Shown piece after piece: positions 21,816 to 35,284 of a stretch of 64,000 nucleotides of DNA (position 1 is the first letter of the stretch; each line of letters begins with the position of its first letter). The notes under the pieces were generated by a model, which saw nothing but the letters and a program-made list of their open reading frames with translations, was not told the origin of the DNA and did no database searches. Location of the stretch: the NCBI GenBank assembly GCA_029953675.1, contig JAMWBK010000005.1, positions 1,860,001 through 1,924,000 on the forward strand, read 5' to 3'. Source of the DNA: Rhodosorus marinus CCMP1338 (taxonomy: Eukaryota; Plantae; Rhodophyta). The translations under genes and the position numbers were made by a program.

Positions 21816-22777
21816 GTACAGTCTATTCTCCACCTGGCATCGTGCAGTCGTGATCCCCATGAATTGCCATCCCAATTTTCAGGGTTCGCCAACTAAATGT
21901 CGCTCCACGAATCGTCTAACACACACACATCATTCCCGAAACTAGTTGGAAGTTATGGTAGTCTTCCATGGTCGGAGAAGCAGCCACTAAGGAGCATATC
22001 GGAGGAGACTTCGAGATAGGATTGCTGTCACCATAGTTCACGCAAGTCATCCAGCTCCAATGTGTTGTAGACTCGTGTGGGTCCCTATCAACTCGGCAGC
22101 GCACATCGGGACTCAAATCTTGGGTTCGTACAGATATCAATGCTAGAAACGTTAGCCTGTAAGCCCTGAGTGTAGCCACCCCCGTCCATCCTCCCCAAGT
22201 CTCAGACAGCTCCCCCAAGTCCAAAGATCTCCTCTCATCCATTGGAATGAGCATCCATCCCCTTCCATCGATTATACGACAAACCCAATCGGAAATTAAT
22301 ATAACAAAATTTCCAAAAACTCAAATCCATATCGAAATCTTAATCGGGTTGGAAACAAAAAGGCAATCAGGAGTTATAATTCCCGCGTAAAACTTATTTG
22401 GCGCTTGCATCACTATTTTGATGCATCCAAATAGTGTGGATGGTCCAGATCTTGAAAGCTCTGAACTACATGAGTTGAGTGCGCTCAGAGTCTTCTTGTT
22501 GGTTTTGTTTGGAAGCCGTTTTGGGAAGTTGGTTTGGTGGGAAGGAGGAAGATGATGGGGTGCTGAGGAAGGCGCTTGTGCTTGGGAGGGAGGGAGGGAG
22601 AGAATGAGTAAGGGAGGGAGGGCCATTTACATAGCTCATTCCGGTTATGTGGGGAATAACGTCGAAGGAAAGGGTTCCTGTTAGTCTGGGCAGTATTTAG
22701 GCCGCTTGAGTGTTTGTGTGCGTTTTTTTGTTTCCTGAGAACTCTGTTGGCTTGTGTGTTATTTGGATAGTGGAAAA

Positions 22778-25089
22778 ATGTTTTACTCTCAGTATATTTT
22801 GACAAGGAGGGGCCCGCTGTCGAAGATATGGCTCGCCGCGCATATGCAGAACAAGCTGACGAAGACGATGGTCTTCAGTATCGATCTCGTGAAAGCATGT
22901 GGTACGTATACAAGTCATTGGGTTTCAAGTCTGTAGGTTCGGGTTTGATCACTATGAGTACCAACCTAGGAGTTTCGTGTCTTTTCTTTCATATCTTTAG
23001 AAAAAATTATTGCTCCCGAAGCCCCCATGGCACTGAGGCTGACTAGCAACCTTCTCTTGGGAGCTGTTCGAGTTTTTTCACGAAAGGCTCGATATCTCCT
23101 CAGCGACTGCTCAGACGCCGTTTCAAGAATCAAGCTTGCTTTTAAAATATCCACGGTCATTTGCTCCCTTCAAAAAACAACATCTTCGCTGGCTCGTTCA
23201 TTTGCGCTCTTTCAGCACATCCTCAACTGTTTCAAGCTTTCTTCTACCGCGTTCAGGCTCCAGTTGACCTTCCTCAAGACTCTACCACTGCTGCTTACGG
23301 TCAGGTAACTCTGGATGAAGCCACAGCTGACACAGTTCGTGATCGAGTAGCGTACGACATTGCTTTCGATAGAATGACGCAACTGCAACTGGAGCCCATG
23401 CTTCCGCTGGATCTGACCGGTGAGTTTCAAGCAGCCGAGGAGGATATCACTATGGCACCGGAGGCAGCATTCGAAGATGGGAATCTCCTGGAGACAGCAG
23501 AATTTGAGCTTGAGGGAAGGTGAGGCTGTTTCTGCCGTCCCCGATGGTTGCACAGAGACTGGATTCAGCGTTAGTAACTTGCGCGTTTCTACTGGCAAGG
23601 GCCGTGGTAAAAGTTGTGGACGAGGAGGCCCCGCTCATCTTCGAGCCGCTCAGAGCCTCTGCCGATGGCGACGGTAAGGCTTTTGAGGAGTCTCCTGAAA
23701 TCACTCGGAGAACCTCCGAACCGTCTTTTGCACATGCGGATGAGATAACACTGGAGACGCCGAGACTCAGCGACGGTGTAGTTCCAATGGAAATTGACGA
23801 GGAGTCACGGGCTCTTGAAAAGGAGACTCTAGACGTTTCGCTGCCGGGCACAACAGAAATTACGTTTTTGGAAGAACCAGGGATCGGGGATGATGATGGC
23901 ACCTACTTGCCAGTTCCAGATACTCCAGGTACGGAGGACCTACTGGATACTCCGGTAACGATACGACCGCGCAGACGGCGGAGATTAGTTCCAGCTAGGT
24001 TCGATCAAGAACCAGAAATTTCAGATTCTGCCCTCCGGACTGGCAGGAGAAACGCGTCGGCGCTGAAAAGAACCCCAAAGAAGAGACAGAGAATTGAGGC
24101 ATCCGTGCTGTCCACCGATGAGCTGCTGCAGTCCTCTCTGCTGCGCCAGGGAAAAGAACTCGCTGTTTTCTATTCCAAGTGCCTGAAGGCTGGGATGGAC
24201 TCTGTTGCCTCCAAGCGCGCCATGATTGAAACTCCAGAGGTAGCACGTGCGGGACGGGACAGGCGTGAAGAATCTGAAACCGGACTTGAGCCACAACTAA
24301 CTCCTCTTGAAGAGGAGAAGACCGCTGACCTCAGCGTGGAGCTTGCACGCGACACTCCAGTTCATGTCGACCAGCCTGAGCTGGCTCTAGAAGCCTCACC
24401 TCCGTTTGCAACTGGCGAAGGTTTCGAGTCTTCACCCGCAAAGGATGATGCACTTTCGCCTGTTGGTGCGCCAAAGATCTCCGTACCAAATGCCCAAAGC
24501 CATCCAAACCTCCAACCGGTCTAAAAGAGTATTTTTTTCTCACTTCTAACTGAGCAGTCGCGGAGCCCGTGCCGGAGCTTCCGCTTGAGTTGGAGATCTT
24601 CGCTTCTCCTCGCGCAGCAAGTCCCATTCCAGCTGATCTGGAGGTTGCAGGATCTGGCGCCGAACACCGTGAACGCGTTACCCTTACTGAGGTAATCGAT
24701 CGATACTTGTTTCTCTCACCACTGACCTGCAATGGGCACCCAGCACTGTTTGTATAGTCACTCATGCTTTCTGTCTCTCTCGCGTTTTGCTCATTAACCA
24801 GATCGCGCTCACCAGCGTAGAGGCCAGAGCAGCGGACCTGAGAAGCGCCCGGCAGGCGAAGCTCGCTAGTCTTTTGGACCGTGCATTCGAGTCATCTGAA
24901 CCGGAACTGAATTTCACGAACATGCTGAGAGAAGAGAAGCGAGCTCAACCGAAAACTTCTCGCCGCACGGCGGCCAGAACATTTCTGGAGCTCGTCACAT
25001 ACGCTTCAAACGCAAAAGATGTTTCTCTGTCGCAGGCTGAGCCATACTCTGATATACTCATAGGGAGGTTGAACGCGGTGACTGCGTAG
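22778..25089 (+). CDS. RAD21: Cohesin kleisin subunit Rad21/Scc1, about 609 aa, 6 exons
   Basis: N-terminus MFYSQYILTRRGPLSKIWLAAH...ALRLTSNLLLGAVRVFSRKARYLLSDC. C-terminal winged helix RRTAARTFLELV...LSQAEPYSDILI. Several ExxR separase-like sites. Exons 22778-22901, 23001-23155, 23257-23519, 23600-24465, 24558-24691 and 24802-25089 keep frame; some internal junctions are weak. Confidence 0.92.
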
Positions 25090-25531
25090 TTCGTGCAAAC
25101 GGACGCAAGATCTGGAGCTTTGGAATGCTCTGTCTTTCTTATGTAAACTAACGTTACCCATCCTAATTAGCTAGTCCCGCCTGACGAGAGTGCTCCGGAA
25201 AGCCGCGGCCAATGCATGAAGTAGTTCTCCGCAGACGTCAAAGGTGAGGGATCGACCTAGATAGACTTTTCCAGTAGCCCTACACATCGCGCTAGCTGCT
25301 TGGGCGACATCCAGGGTCAAGACAGTGTTCCGGGTAACAGGAGTGACGGTGTGTCATGTGCTCGGGAACAATGACTGTCGCAAACAACGATTTTCATGTA
25401 GTTTTACTCAGCCTACTCTCTGAAACGGTTTTGAGCTTTCCAACGAACGCTTTCCAACGATACTTTTCAAGCTCAGGGATTTTCTTCTGCGTGTAAAAAA
25501 AGTACATGTTGCTTTCGCGAGCGACAGTTGC

Positions 25532-28451
25532 TCATACAGTCTTGTATGCCACCGAACTCGGAACAAATGGAGTCGCCTCCAGATTCCAAATTTGTTCTCC
25601 GTATTCACGAATGGTACGATCAGATGAGAACTTGCCCATCCTCGCGACGCTCGTAATCGTCTTCTTCACCCAGCTGGTCTGGTTCTTGTACTCCTCATCA
25701 ACTCTGGCTTGAGCATCCATGTATGACGAAAAGTCGCGCGTAACAAGGTAGTAATCGTTGTAAGGCTGCAAGTTCTTCAGCAGAGGTTCCGAGACATCCT
25801 TCCCGCAGTATTTATTTGCCTCGATCTGCTTCATCGCTTCCTGCAACCGGCTGTCAGTGTGCTGATAGCCTCCATACTTGAGCTCATTACGCGCACGGTC
25901 GATCTGTTGCGTGATAGAGACGGAGAAGAGCGTCAGTGTGAGATCTACATCAACCTCGTGTGAAGAAAAATGAACAATCCAGTCTCACCTCTTCCTCGAG
26001 CAGTCCGAAGATGAACATGTTGTCGTTTCCAATTTCCTCGCGGATTTCGATATTTGCGCCGTCCATGGTACCAATGATCAACCCTCCATTCATTACGAAC
26101 TTCATGTTCGAAGTTCCTGATGCCTCCATTCCAGCTGTAGAAATATGCTGCGAAATATCATTGGCGGGGATGATATCCTCTGCAAGCGTCACGTTGTAGT
26201 TGGTCATGAAGAAGACCTTGAGCAGGTCTCCGACATCCTTGTCGTTGTTGACCACCTTGGATACACCGTTGATCAGACGAATGATATGCTTCGCGATAAC
26301 ATATCCAGCAGCGGCCTTTCCACCAATAATGCACACACGGGGAACGCATTCCTCCTTTTCAGCGGGGGTCATTCGCTTGATAGCGTTGTACCGGCAGATG
26401 ATTGAGAGTACGTTCATAAGCTGTCGCTTGTACTCGTGAATACGCTTGACCTGAATATCGAACATGGCGTCAGTGCTAACTTCAACCCCAAATTCTTTCT
26501 TGATCCGCTCAGCAACACGCTTCTTGTTAGTGCGCTTCGCCTCGCGGAACTCGCGCTGCATATCAGCGCTATCAACAAACTGCTCTAGGCCGCGGCACAG
26601 TTCATAGTTGGAAACCCACTCGTCAGTCTCCAGCCATCGGGAGATAACCTCAGACAGGGCCGGGTTGGCACTCTGCATCCACCGACGGGGGGTAACTCCG
26701 TTGGTCATGTTCAAGAACTTATCGGGCTGCTCCTTGTAGAAATCTGGGAACAACCTGGACTTGACGAGCCCAGAATGAATCGCAGCGACACCGTTTACGT
26801 GGTGGGAACCGACCACAGCAAGCACTGCCATACGAACCATCTTCGGGAAGCCCTCCTCGATGATGCTCATTCTCATCAGCTTGTCACCATCGCCAGGGTA
26901 CTTCTTCACCACCTCCTCCAGGTGACGTCTGTTGATTTCGTAGATAATTTGCATATGTCTCGGCAGCAGCTTCTCCACGAGGTCCACAGACCACCTCTCC
27001 AGAGCCTCCGGGAGGACGGTGTGGTTCGTGTAAGAGAACACCTTCGTTGTGGTTGCCCAGGCGGCACTCCAACCCATACTCTCGTGGTCCATGAAAATCC
27101 TCATCAGCTCTGCAATTCCGATAGTTGGGTGAGTGTCATTCAACTGGATTGCAACCTTAGTATGCAGCTCGGTGAGCGGCCTATCCTTCTTCTTGAAACG
27201 TCGAACGACGTCCTGAAGGGTTGCAGATACGAAGAAGTGCTGCTGCTTCAAACGCAGTTCCTTGCCCGCCTCAGTCGCATCGTTAGGATACAGAACAGAC
27301 GAGATCTTTTCAGCTGCCTCCTTCGACGCAACCGCAGAGTAGTAGTCTCCTCGAGAGAAAGAGTCGAGGTCAAACTCAGATGCAGGTGTTGCGGACCACA
27401 ACCGAAGGTTCAGAGTGTTGTACGTGTCGTATCCCGGAATAGGTGAGTCATACGCAATTGCGGTCACGACCTCCCCGCCCTGCCACTCGTAATGCTTTCC
27501 GTTGTGCTTGATCTCTCCATAGAACCTGACCGGATACTTCACGTCCAGACGTTCAATCTCCCAAGGGTTGCCTGCCGTCAGCCAATAGTCCGGAATCTCA
27601 ATCTGGTACCCCTCCTTAGAGATCCTCTGTTCGAACATGCCGTACTTGTAGCGAATACCGTAGCCCCAAGCTGGATAGTTGATGGTTGCGAGAGAGTCCA
27701 TGAAGCATGCGGCGAGTCTGCCAAGACCTCCATTTCCGAGACCCGGATCCCTCTCCTGGTGCTCAACCTCATCAAGGTCGAAACCGAGCTTCTTCAGAGC
27801 TCCTTGGTACTGGCTCTCAATTCCCAGATTGAGAAGAGCGTTATTCAAGTACCTCCCCATCAAGAATTCCATGGAAAGATAGTAGACACGCTTCACATCC
27901 TTCTCGGTGAAGTACTGTTGCGTGTCGTTCCAGGACTCGATCAAACGATCGCGAACGGAGTAGGCGGTGGCCTGATAGGCATGCTGCTCGTCAAAGTTGT
28001 ACTTCGTCCTTGCAAGCGTGTACTCTACATGGTTCACGATCTGCTTCAAGATAGAGTCCACGTCTGGCGGATGAATTACATGACGAAGGAAAGAAGGAGA
28101 CTACGCTCAGGAGCGGACTCTCACAACTGTGAAAAATTTCTGCAACGATCGCCTTACCGCGTGGCAGATACTGAGTCATGATATTGTGGATAATCTTATC
28201 CTTCTCACTAACCTCCACAGCAGCATCCTGTGGTGTAGTGTGGCCAGTGGCCGTCGCATGATAACGAGCCTCGGGCGCGGAAACCTTCCCCGCCGCTGAT
28301 CAAAGCAAAAACAGAGGCAAGGAACGAAGCGTCAGCATCAACGAGAGCCGTCTTCACAAATTCAAAACGCCCATTCCCCAAAGTCCGGCGTTTTCCGATC
28401 ACATCGTAGCTTACCCAAATCTTGGAATGACGCTGTCCTCTTCCCCTGCAT
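25532..28451 (-). CDS. PHO: Cytosolic alpha-glucan (starch/glycogen) phosphorylase, 873 aa, 4 exons
   Basis: [47 protein letters not shown] (PLP lysine) and [12 protein letters not shown]. Exons 28451-28415, 28295-28158, 28063-25989 and 25903-25532 total 2622 nt. No transit peptide. Confidence 0.96.
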
Positions 28452-31350
28452 TTTTGTTGATCCAACCTTGAAACCAACCCTCCACACACACCCACAAAAC
28501 AAAACAAAAAAAAAAACAAAAAACCCAACCCTCCCGCTCCGACCTTAGCAACTTGAGCAATCTACAACAACCCCATCATAGCAACTTTTGAATCTTCACG
28601 TTTGACTACCCACTCAAGCAGCCCCTCTTCCGGCAACGGCTTCTCACTTCCAAGAGCAAAGCAAAAAAAAAAATCGGTTTTTTGCCGCTGATTTAACCTA
28701 AGAAAGGAAAACGGAATCAAATGTCCCGCCTCCATTTTCCCTACCCCTTAGCATCATCCATATTGATTTCTAAATGTCAATTTAATTAATTTTATGGGGG
28801 GTATAATATATCAGTCTATTGCTAATAGATCTTCTTTCCTGAGAACAATACAAACATTCGTATTTATACTGATAAATTTTACCCCTTTTTGCTTTTAAGA
28901 ACTCGGGGTGTTGTAAATTTTTATACCCCCTTTTCTCGTCCCCAAACTCCCCACCCCCGGCTTTCCGCTCTTTTTGCCGTGCACGCCCGCAAAAGGAAAT
29001 ATTATATGAAAAAGAAACAAAAAAAAAAACTATCGGACAAATGCGACATGCCTACAGACTAGATTGGATGTTCTGAAATCTTCATGAAATTTAAGATGTC
29101 TCAGCAAATAGGTGTAGTTCTCTGCACTTCATTGGTCGACAGTCTGGGACACATCTAAATATTTAATAAAAACCGATTCCGTTAGAACTGGGCAGGGCTA
29201 TTAACCAATGAACATTGAGAATTATTCACATTTAGTTAGGGGTGCCCCCGCCTCTTCAGTTTCCGATCTAGAATTTAGCAAACCTGTCAGTGAGGATGTT
29301 CATTTTTGAAATAAAGGGGGATATAAATTGCTTAATTCATTTTTTATGTCGGAAAGAAAGAAGTTTGCCTACCCCTAAATTTCGTTTTCAGATGTTGGTG
29401 AACATGTTCCGTACCCTCTTGATAAGGAGTTTAACTATAAAAAATCTACGCCGGCCATTGGCGCTGGGGTATGATTGGACGATGTTATAGCGAAATCGGG
29501 TCTGATGAATGAAACTCTCATTAAAAAAAAGATCTAATCGCCTCGTTAAGAATCCTAATTTGGATATTATGTGTTTGAGTGAAAGGTGTAAAAAAAACGC
29601 GTCTGTTGGGAGGAGGGGGGGGAAGTTGGATTTCCCTTGCTCTGGACTTCCAAGAGTTCGGCTACGACGTGTTCTTGTGCTATACGTATTTTGAAATCAG
29701 TTTGAAGGGGGTTCATTCATCATATCGATGAGAGTATGTGTCCCATTCCGACTCGGAAAGGTCGAAGTGGTTGTGTTAGAGAATCATGATATTGGTACAC
29801 ACATCGGTCGCAGTCGGGAGTGTCCAAAGACCTTTTGCAGAAATGCTCAAGATCGGGGGTTTACCACGGTGACCGGTGCACGTTGTCTCCTAAAGAAATC
29901 GGTTATCTATTCTTTTGCTGGCTTTGGCCTTACCGAGATAGTCGTGTATTTTTGCCCTTCTGAATGTTCGGCCTCGGTGTGGCCGTCTACAGGCCCGTCG
30001 AATTCACGGGCTAAAAGTTTTGAGGTCCTCAACCGAGGCTGTAATTCGGATGCTGTCCCCTCCCAGACATGCACAATCGGATCAACTGCGTTCGTTTTTA
30101 GAGTTTGGAGCCGACGAACGAGACCGTACAAGCGTATGAACGTATAAACAACCTAAAAACCATATTGTATATTGGTACAGTTCCGTCAAAGCTCTGATCG
30201 CGACCACTACCCGCCTCCAAGAATCGTGTCTGCTCATTACGCACTTGGAATTGTGCCTAAATGGGTTGACTACTATTGTGACAAAACCTTTTCCCTCATG
30301 CTGATCGAATTCGGGAAAACACCTTTTCTACCATCGGCGCACAGGCTACTACTTCGCCGCTATCCGATCCGCCTTTCAATCAACGAGCACCGCTCGCGAA
30401 GATTCTTAACGAACAAATCGCGTTTTCGAGGCGTCAGAAATGCAAAGCGCCTCGCCAAATTCCCTCGATGCCAACATCGATGGAAATTGAAGCTACTTCA
30501 ATTTCCATCGCAGAAAAATGATTGCGATGATATCCGCTTTGGGCATTAAACAAAAAGCTTTTCGTGTAGAAATCCGGGCAAAAATCTTCAAAATCTGATT
30601 CAAAGATACTCTGAAATGTTAAAGTATTTAGATCATCGCGGGAAATAAAACTATATCATTGGTTAATTGTGGCTAAATCGTGGTTTCGTTGGTTATAAAA
30701 TATATCATTGACCTATGATTTCTTATTTTCCTGATAGCACCACTGAAACAACTATTCTCGGAAAGATTCAGCAGAGAAGATCCGGAGAGCCACATAAAGC
30801 GGTCCTTGCGGTTGGGATGCTCAGCCTGTAGAACAATGCTTCAAGGAATCCGAGTTCAGGAATGATTCTCCCTGGGACGAAGAAGATATGTCCATTGTCA
30901 TAAGACTGTACGCCTAGTAGGGTGCATCCGAACAATTACAGAGCTGTTCTGTACAGCATGCGACCTTCAGAGCGTCGAAACGATTGTTAAATCGGATTTG
31001 AATTTATACGTTTCCGTGATTGTGGGACGCAATGTACAAACTCCTAGTTTGGATTCAGTTTGAGATGGAGCGTTCTGAATCGCCACCCCCTGAACTCTCC
31101 TCGGCACGCCTAATGTCTTGTCAGATGGTAAGCAAGTACTCGAGGCAGACTGTTCGCTTCGAGGAGCGCTGCAGCAGCATGGAGTTCGAAAGGCGTATAG
31201 TCGTGCTTACTCAAGCACGACTACATAAGAGCAAAGTAGCTTGGAATAATCAGCAGGTTGGCGCGGAAAGGGAAGGCAGTTCGGAAGAATCTCGAACTAT
31301 AGTTGCCCCCGAGACAAAGTAAACCGTCCATCGGAAGGGGGGGTGCGCGG

Positions 31351-31390
31351 AAGACGCTTTCATGCTTGCCCGAAAGCATGAAAGCGTCTT
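31351..31390. repeat. Perfect 17-bp inverted repeat with 6-nt loop
   Basis: AAGACGCTTTCATGCTT, GCCCGA, AAGCATGAAAGCGTCTT. Confidence 0.9.
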
Positions 31391-34176
31391 GACTTGTTTG
31401 GTCGGAGCGTAGTTTTTTACAGCCGCTTCAGACCGCTGGAGAAGCAGTCGAATACCAATGTCGGTCTCGATCTGGCGAGTTTCCATCGCAATACTTCCAA
31501 GGATTGACAAAGGATGCAGGTCTCGCTTGAGGTCATCAATCGCATCGTGCTCGAAAAACGTTGGCGCAAACCGCTGGATACGTATTCAGCATCCCTCCCC
31601 AATCTCGATTCCAGTTGAGGCCAGTCTTCGGGAGTGGTGGACATAGGGTCACCGATCCACGCGATTCGCTCGAACCTTGCAAAAAAATACAAGAATCTCC
31701 GGATCTGGGGGGACGATGCCCAGCTTGAGGCGAGCAAATGTGAACGCTTGCCCAAAACTAACAGTAAAACCAAAACAACGACTAAGAAAAACTAGAATTA
31801 TTAAATTGACTAGCTCTCAATCAAAATAACTCCCAAAGATTTCGGCCTTGCAACAAGCCAAGGTTCTTTGCCCTAAAATTGAGCTGAACCCCTCAAAGAA
31901 CCGCGAGCGTGAAGCACAAAACGACGAACCGGAGGGACACCTCGATGACTATCGGGACAGACTGATGTGACACGGCCGATTTCAGGACGGTCATGTTACT
32001 GAGGGTTTCCTGGTACGCAACCTCTTTGCGGCGGCGCTTGATTAGAGCAGCCACACACGCTCCCGAGTTGATGGCAATAAATATCGCGAGGCAAGAGGGT
32101 ACATAGAGAAGAGTCAGGCCAGCGTACGGTGGTGTTTTGTTTTTTTTGAATCCTGGACAATTAGTGTACTCTGAAATCCGCTGACTTTCAAAAACAAAAC
32201 TAGAAAAATGTGACGTCAGAGAAAGAAAATGGTTTGTTTACGCATCATATCCCCCAAACGAGCATGATGAAATTTTTAATATTTCCTGATGGGGGAATCA
32301 GTCGACTCTGAAGGACTTGTTGCGGTGAACCCCCGCCAAAATCAATTTGCTTTAAAAAACTGTGATACTGGATGGGAATCTATTTTCTCCTGCGATTTCT
32401 GGGGAGGCGGTGGAACTGTTTTTTACTGTGAGCGCACCCATTTATCACCGCCATCGAACGGAAGGAAAGGACAGTCAATACGAGAAAATCTGTGATCATC
32501 GGTCTACTATTGTTGAGAGGAGTGTAGAGCAGCCCCTGCGCGAAAGCCCCGTAAGCTTCTGTAAGAGCTGATGACCTCGCCACGGTTCGCGGTATGCGAG
32601 GCGTTCAGTTCTGAGCAAAGCGTCCATGGTGTTTGTGGGGGGAACTAGTTGACCCGGTCGGCAAGGTGAATTAATAGTGGTACAATAGGTTCGTAGCTGC
32701 GCGATTGTCCGACTCTTCAGAGGAAACGGTGGTACGCTTGAGGCGGCCGATTTGGTACAAAGCCGAGCACTCGACAAGAAACATACAAGTCGACACAACA
32801 ACAAGTTTTGAAACATATTTTTTCACCGCTTCATGTGTCAATCCTAAAAGAGTCCATTTATTCTCACATTAAGGAGACCCTCAACTTTGTTTTGTCCTCA
32901 AAATACATATCCCTTTTTCGATTAAAAAACATTGGTTCATCTCTAGGGAAATGAAAACTCTCAATATGCGACCCTTGGAGAGAGAATGAAACATTGGCCG
33001 AGAGAATCGTCGCCTCAAGGCATTTGGCAAAAATAAATATACAGATTTTCATCCCTCTGTAAGAAGTCTAAAGAAAAGCCGCCTGCCCCTACCAACAGGT
33101 ATTCACTCTTTACCAGTTTTTAGTAAAAATATTAATACACTGCGGAGTTATCCAATCACTATTGTTTTCAATCTTGTTTTTAGCTTATTATTTCAAGGGA
33201 TATATTTTTATCGATGATCCTTTAGGGGGTGGGCGGAGAGTAGTCGACCAGTGTAGTTCAGATATATATCCATTTGAGAATGTATTGTATAGGAAAAGTT
33301 TACCCGAAGTTTTTCGGAGGTCCACGACCTACCCCGACTTATTTTTTAATGACCATACTTGATCTCCATAATGATTGAATCCCATTTTTGCAGGCCCCGA
33401 TCGAAAATCTACGATGAAACTGAACAAACAACAAAAAATTCTGGCGGTGCCGACACCAATATAATTGGTTTTTAAATAAAAAATAGTACTCGCCTCTGGA
33501 TGTGAGTTCCCATCCTCACCACTTCATGTAACAAAACTATAGACTATGAGTATCTATTGCATCTCAACCGCTGCTATAAACGAGAAAACCGGCTAAATAA
33601 CAAATCTTGCAGGGCTTTTGGCAACAAAAGGTCTATGATGCGTGGGACACACACGCTCTCCGTGGCAAAGCAAAAAGAATTGATTTACTGGAACTGTTTT
33701 TTTGTTTTTTGGGGGTTTTGGTTTTCCGCCAAACAATGACTAAAATAATAGATGAATATGTTCTAAGTTTAGGACTTTTGTGTTTACTGGAAATTTTATT
33801 GTTGTTTATTTATATTTTTGACCTGCCCCACAAGGCATGAGAAATCGTTTAGTGCGTCTGTCTGACATGAGTCACTGTTTTAGAATCATCCTATAAGCAT
33901 CTTGTGGCAGATGTTACCAAGTCAAGTGCATTTATCTGGGGGACCAAGTAGTAGTTCATGGGTAGCGGTGGGGGAGGGGGAGGAGGTGTGTGTCTCTGAC
34001 AATGGTGTGAAGGGATCAGTGTTGATTGAAGTGGTTTTTTCGTGTATCCCAGGGACTTTCGGGTTTTTGGCGAATGCCTTGGGAGAGGAAGCGGTGAGGG
34101 TGCGGGAAAGATTTTGAGGAACCGTTTGGGTTGTGTGGGGGTTTTGGTTTATTTGCCACTATAGAAATCGGCTAAG

Positions 34177-35284
34177 ATGAATGGAACTCTGATCGAGTCT
34201 GAACTGTTCAGGCGTGTGACGTATTTGCACCCTCTTGAGGAACTTAGAGTACCGGAAAAGTTTCCGATTGCTTTGGTTGCATGGATGTTAATGATGTTCA
34301 CCTTCCATTTCCTTTGCGGAACGTTGGAGATTTGTGACCAGAAGAAGTGGCTGGTTCAGTTCCGCAGAAAGCCTGCCGGGGATAGAAAAACGTACAAGGA
34401 GGTGAGAATACGATTATAGGATACCTCTTGTTTTGTAGAAGCATAGCCAAGTCCGCGCACCTTGTTACTCCTGAATTCTACGAATCGCGAGGTGTTGACA
34501 TATTCCGCATTTCTTTGCCTGCCTCTATCCCGTGAGATGATGCCGAGAATTCTTATCAATCAGATATTCCTGATGCTCCCTTGCATGATCATCGCCGAGA
34601 AACTGGGACTGTGCTACCAGAGTAAGCAAGTCCTGATCTCGGTTCCGAGTTTGGTGTACAATTTCTTGGTCATGGGAATCGGCCACGACGTTATTTTCTA
34701 CGTCGGTCACCGGTACCTGCTGCATTCCAGGTGGGGATATAAGCTTTTTGGACACGACGTGCATCACTCCACTAGCGCGAACTGTGCGTTGAGTGCGTTT
34801 TACATGGTATGACGTGATCATTTTCATCTGGAACCCGGTTTATGAGTGGCCGTGGTTATTCTTGTCAGAGGACCCCAGAGACTAGTTGGTCTCTAGTTGG
34901 TCTCTTCCCGACGAGGTTCTAATTTGCGCTTTCTATTGACTTTTTTTCGACTTCCAGGCGAACGTGGATTTTTGTTTTGAAATCCTTCTTCCGTACCTAA
35001 TACCTATGTGGCTCATGGGCCCAGAGTCTTGTGTTGCTTTCAGCCTACTTGCTCCTTCTATCGGCGCCGTGGGTGGGCTCTACGAGCACTCGGGTTACGA
35101 ATTTTTCCCGAATCTGTCGATTGCAAGTACCAAGGCGCATTTCATGCACCACAACCTCGGATTTGTCAGTTTTGCGGATGGGTTCGGTTCGCCGGGTCTC
35201 ATGGATTGGACTTTTGGTACTACGTACGAGCACTACCAGAAGAAGAACACGACCCCCGTGGAGAATGGGGAGAAGTCGGACTAG
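34177..35284 (+). CDS. Fatty-acid-hydroxylase/sterol-desaturase superfamily di-iron membrane enzyme, 273 aa, 3 exons
   Basis: His boxes HRYLLH, HDVHH and (EHSGY)...HFMHH, C-terminal MDWTFGT and hydrophobic helices. Exons 34177-34401, 34537-34806 and 34958-35284 total 822 nt; the intron 1 acceptor is GAG and less certain. Confidence 0.85.

Noticed and set aside
22380-22387. TTCCCGC E2F-like site upstream of RAD21
   Set aside because: Biologically plausible but a single imperfect 7-mer; not distinguishable from chance.
30772-30781. CAGAGAAGAT resembling the U6 snRNA ACAGAGA box
   Set aside because: It lacks the preceding A and the following UAGC catalytic triad and ISL; no other U6 features are present.
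32565-32618. TGATGA...CTGA box C/D snoRNA-like pair with an internal CCTCGC/GCGAGG stem
   Set aside because: Only about 45 nt between boxes, a weak terminal stem, and no rRNA-complementary guide recognised.
29700-33100. Several 60-140 aa ORFs in a gene-poor interval
   Set aside because: No motifs, contradictory strands and no splice support; possibly decayed TE sequence but unproven.
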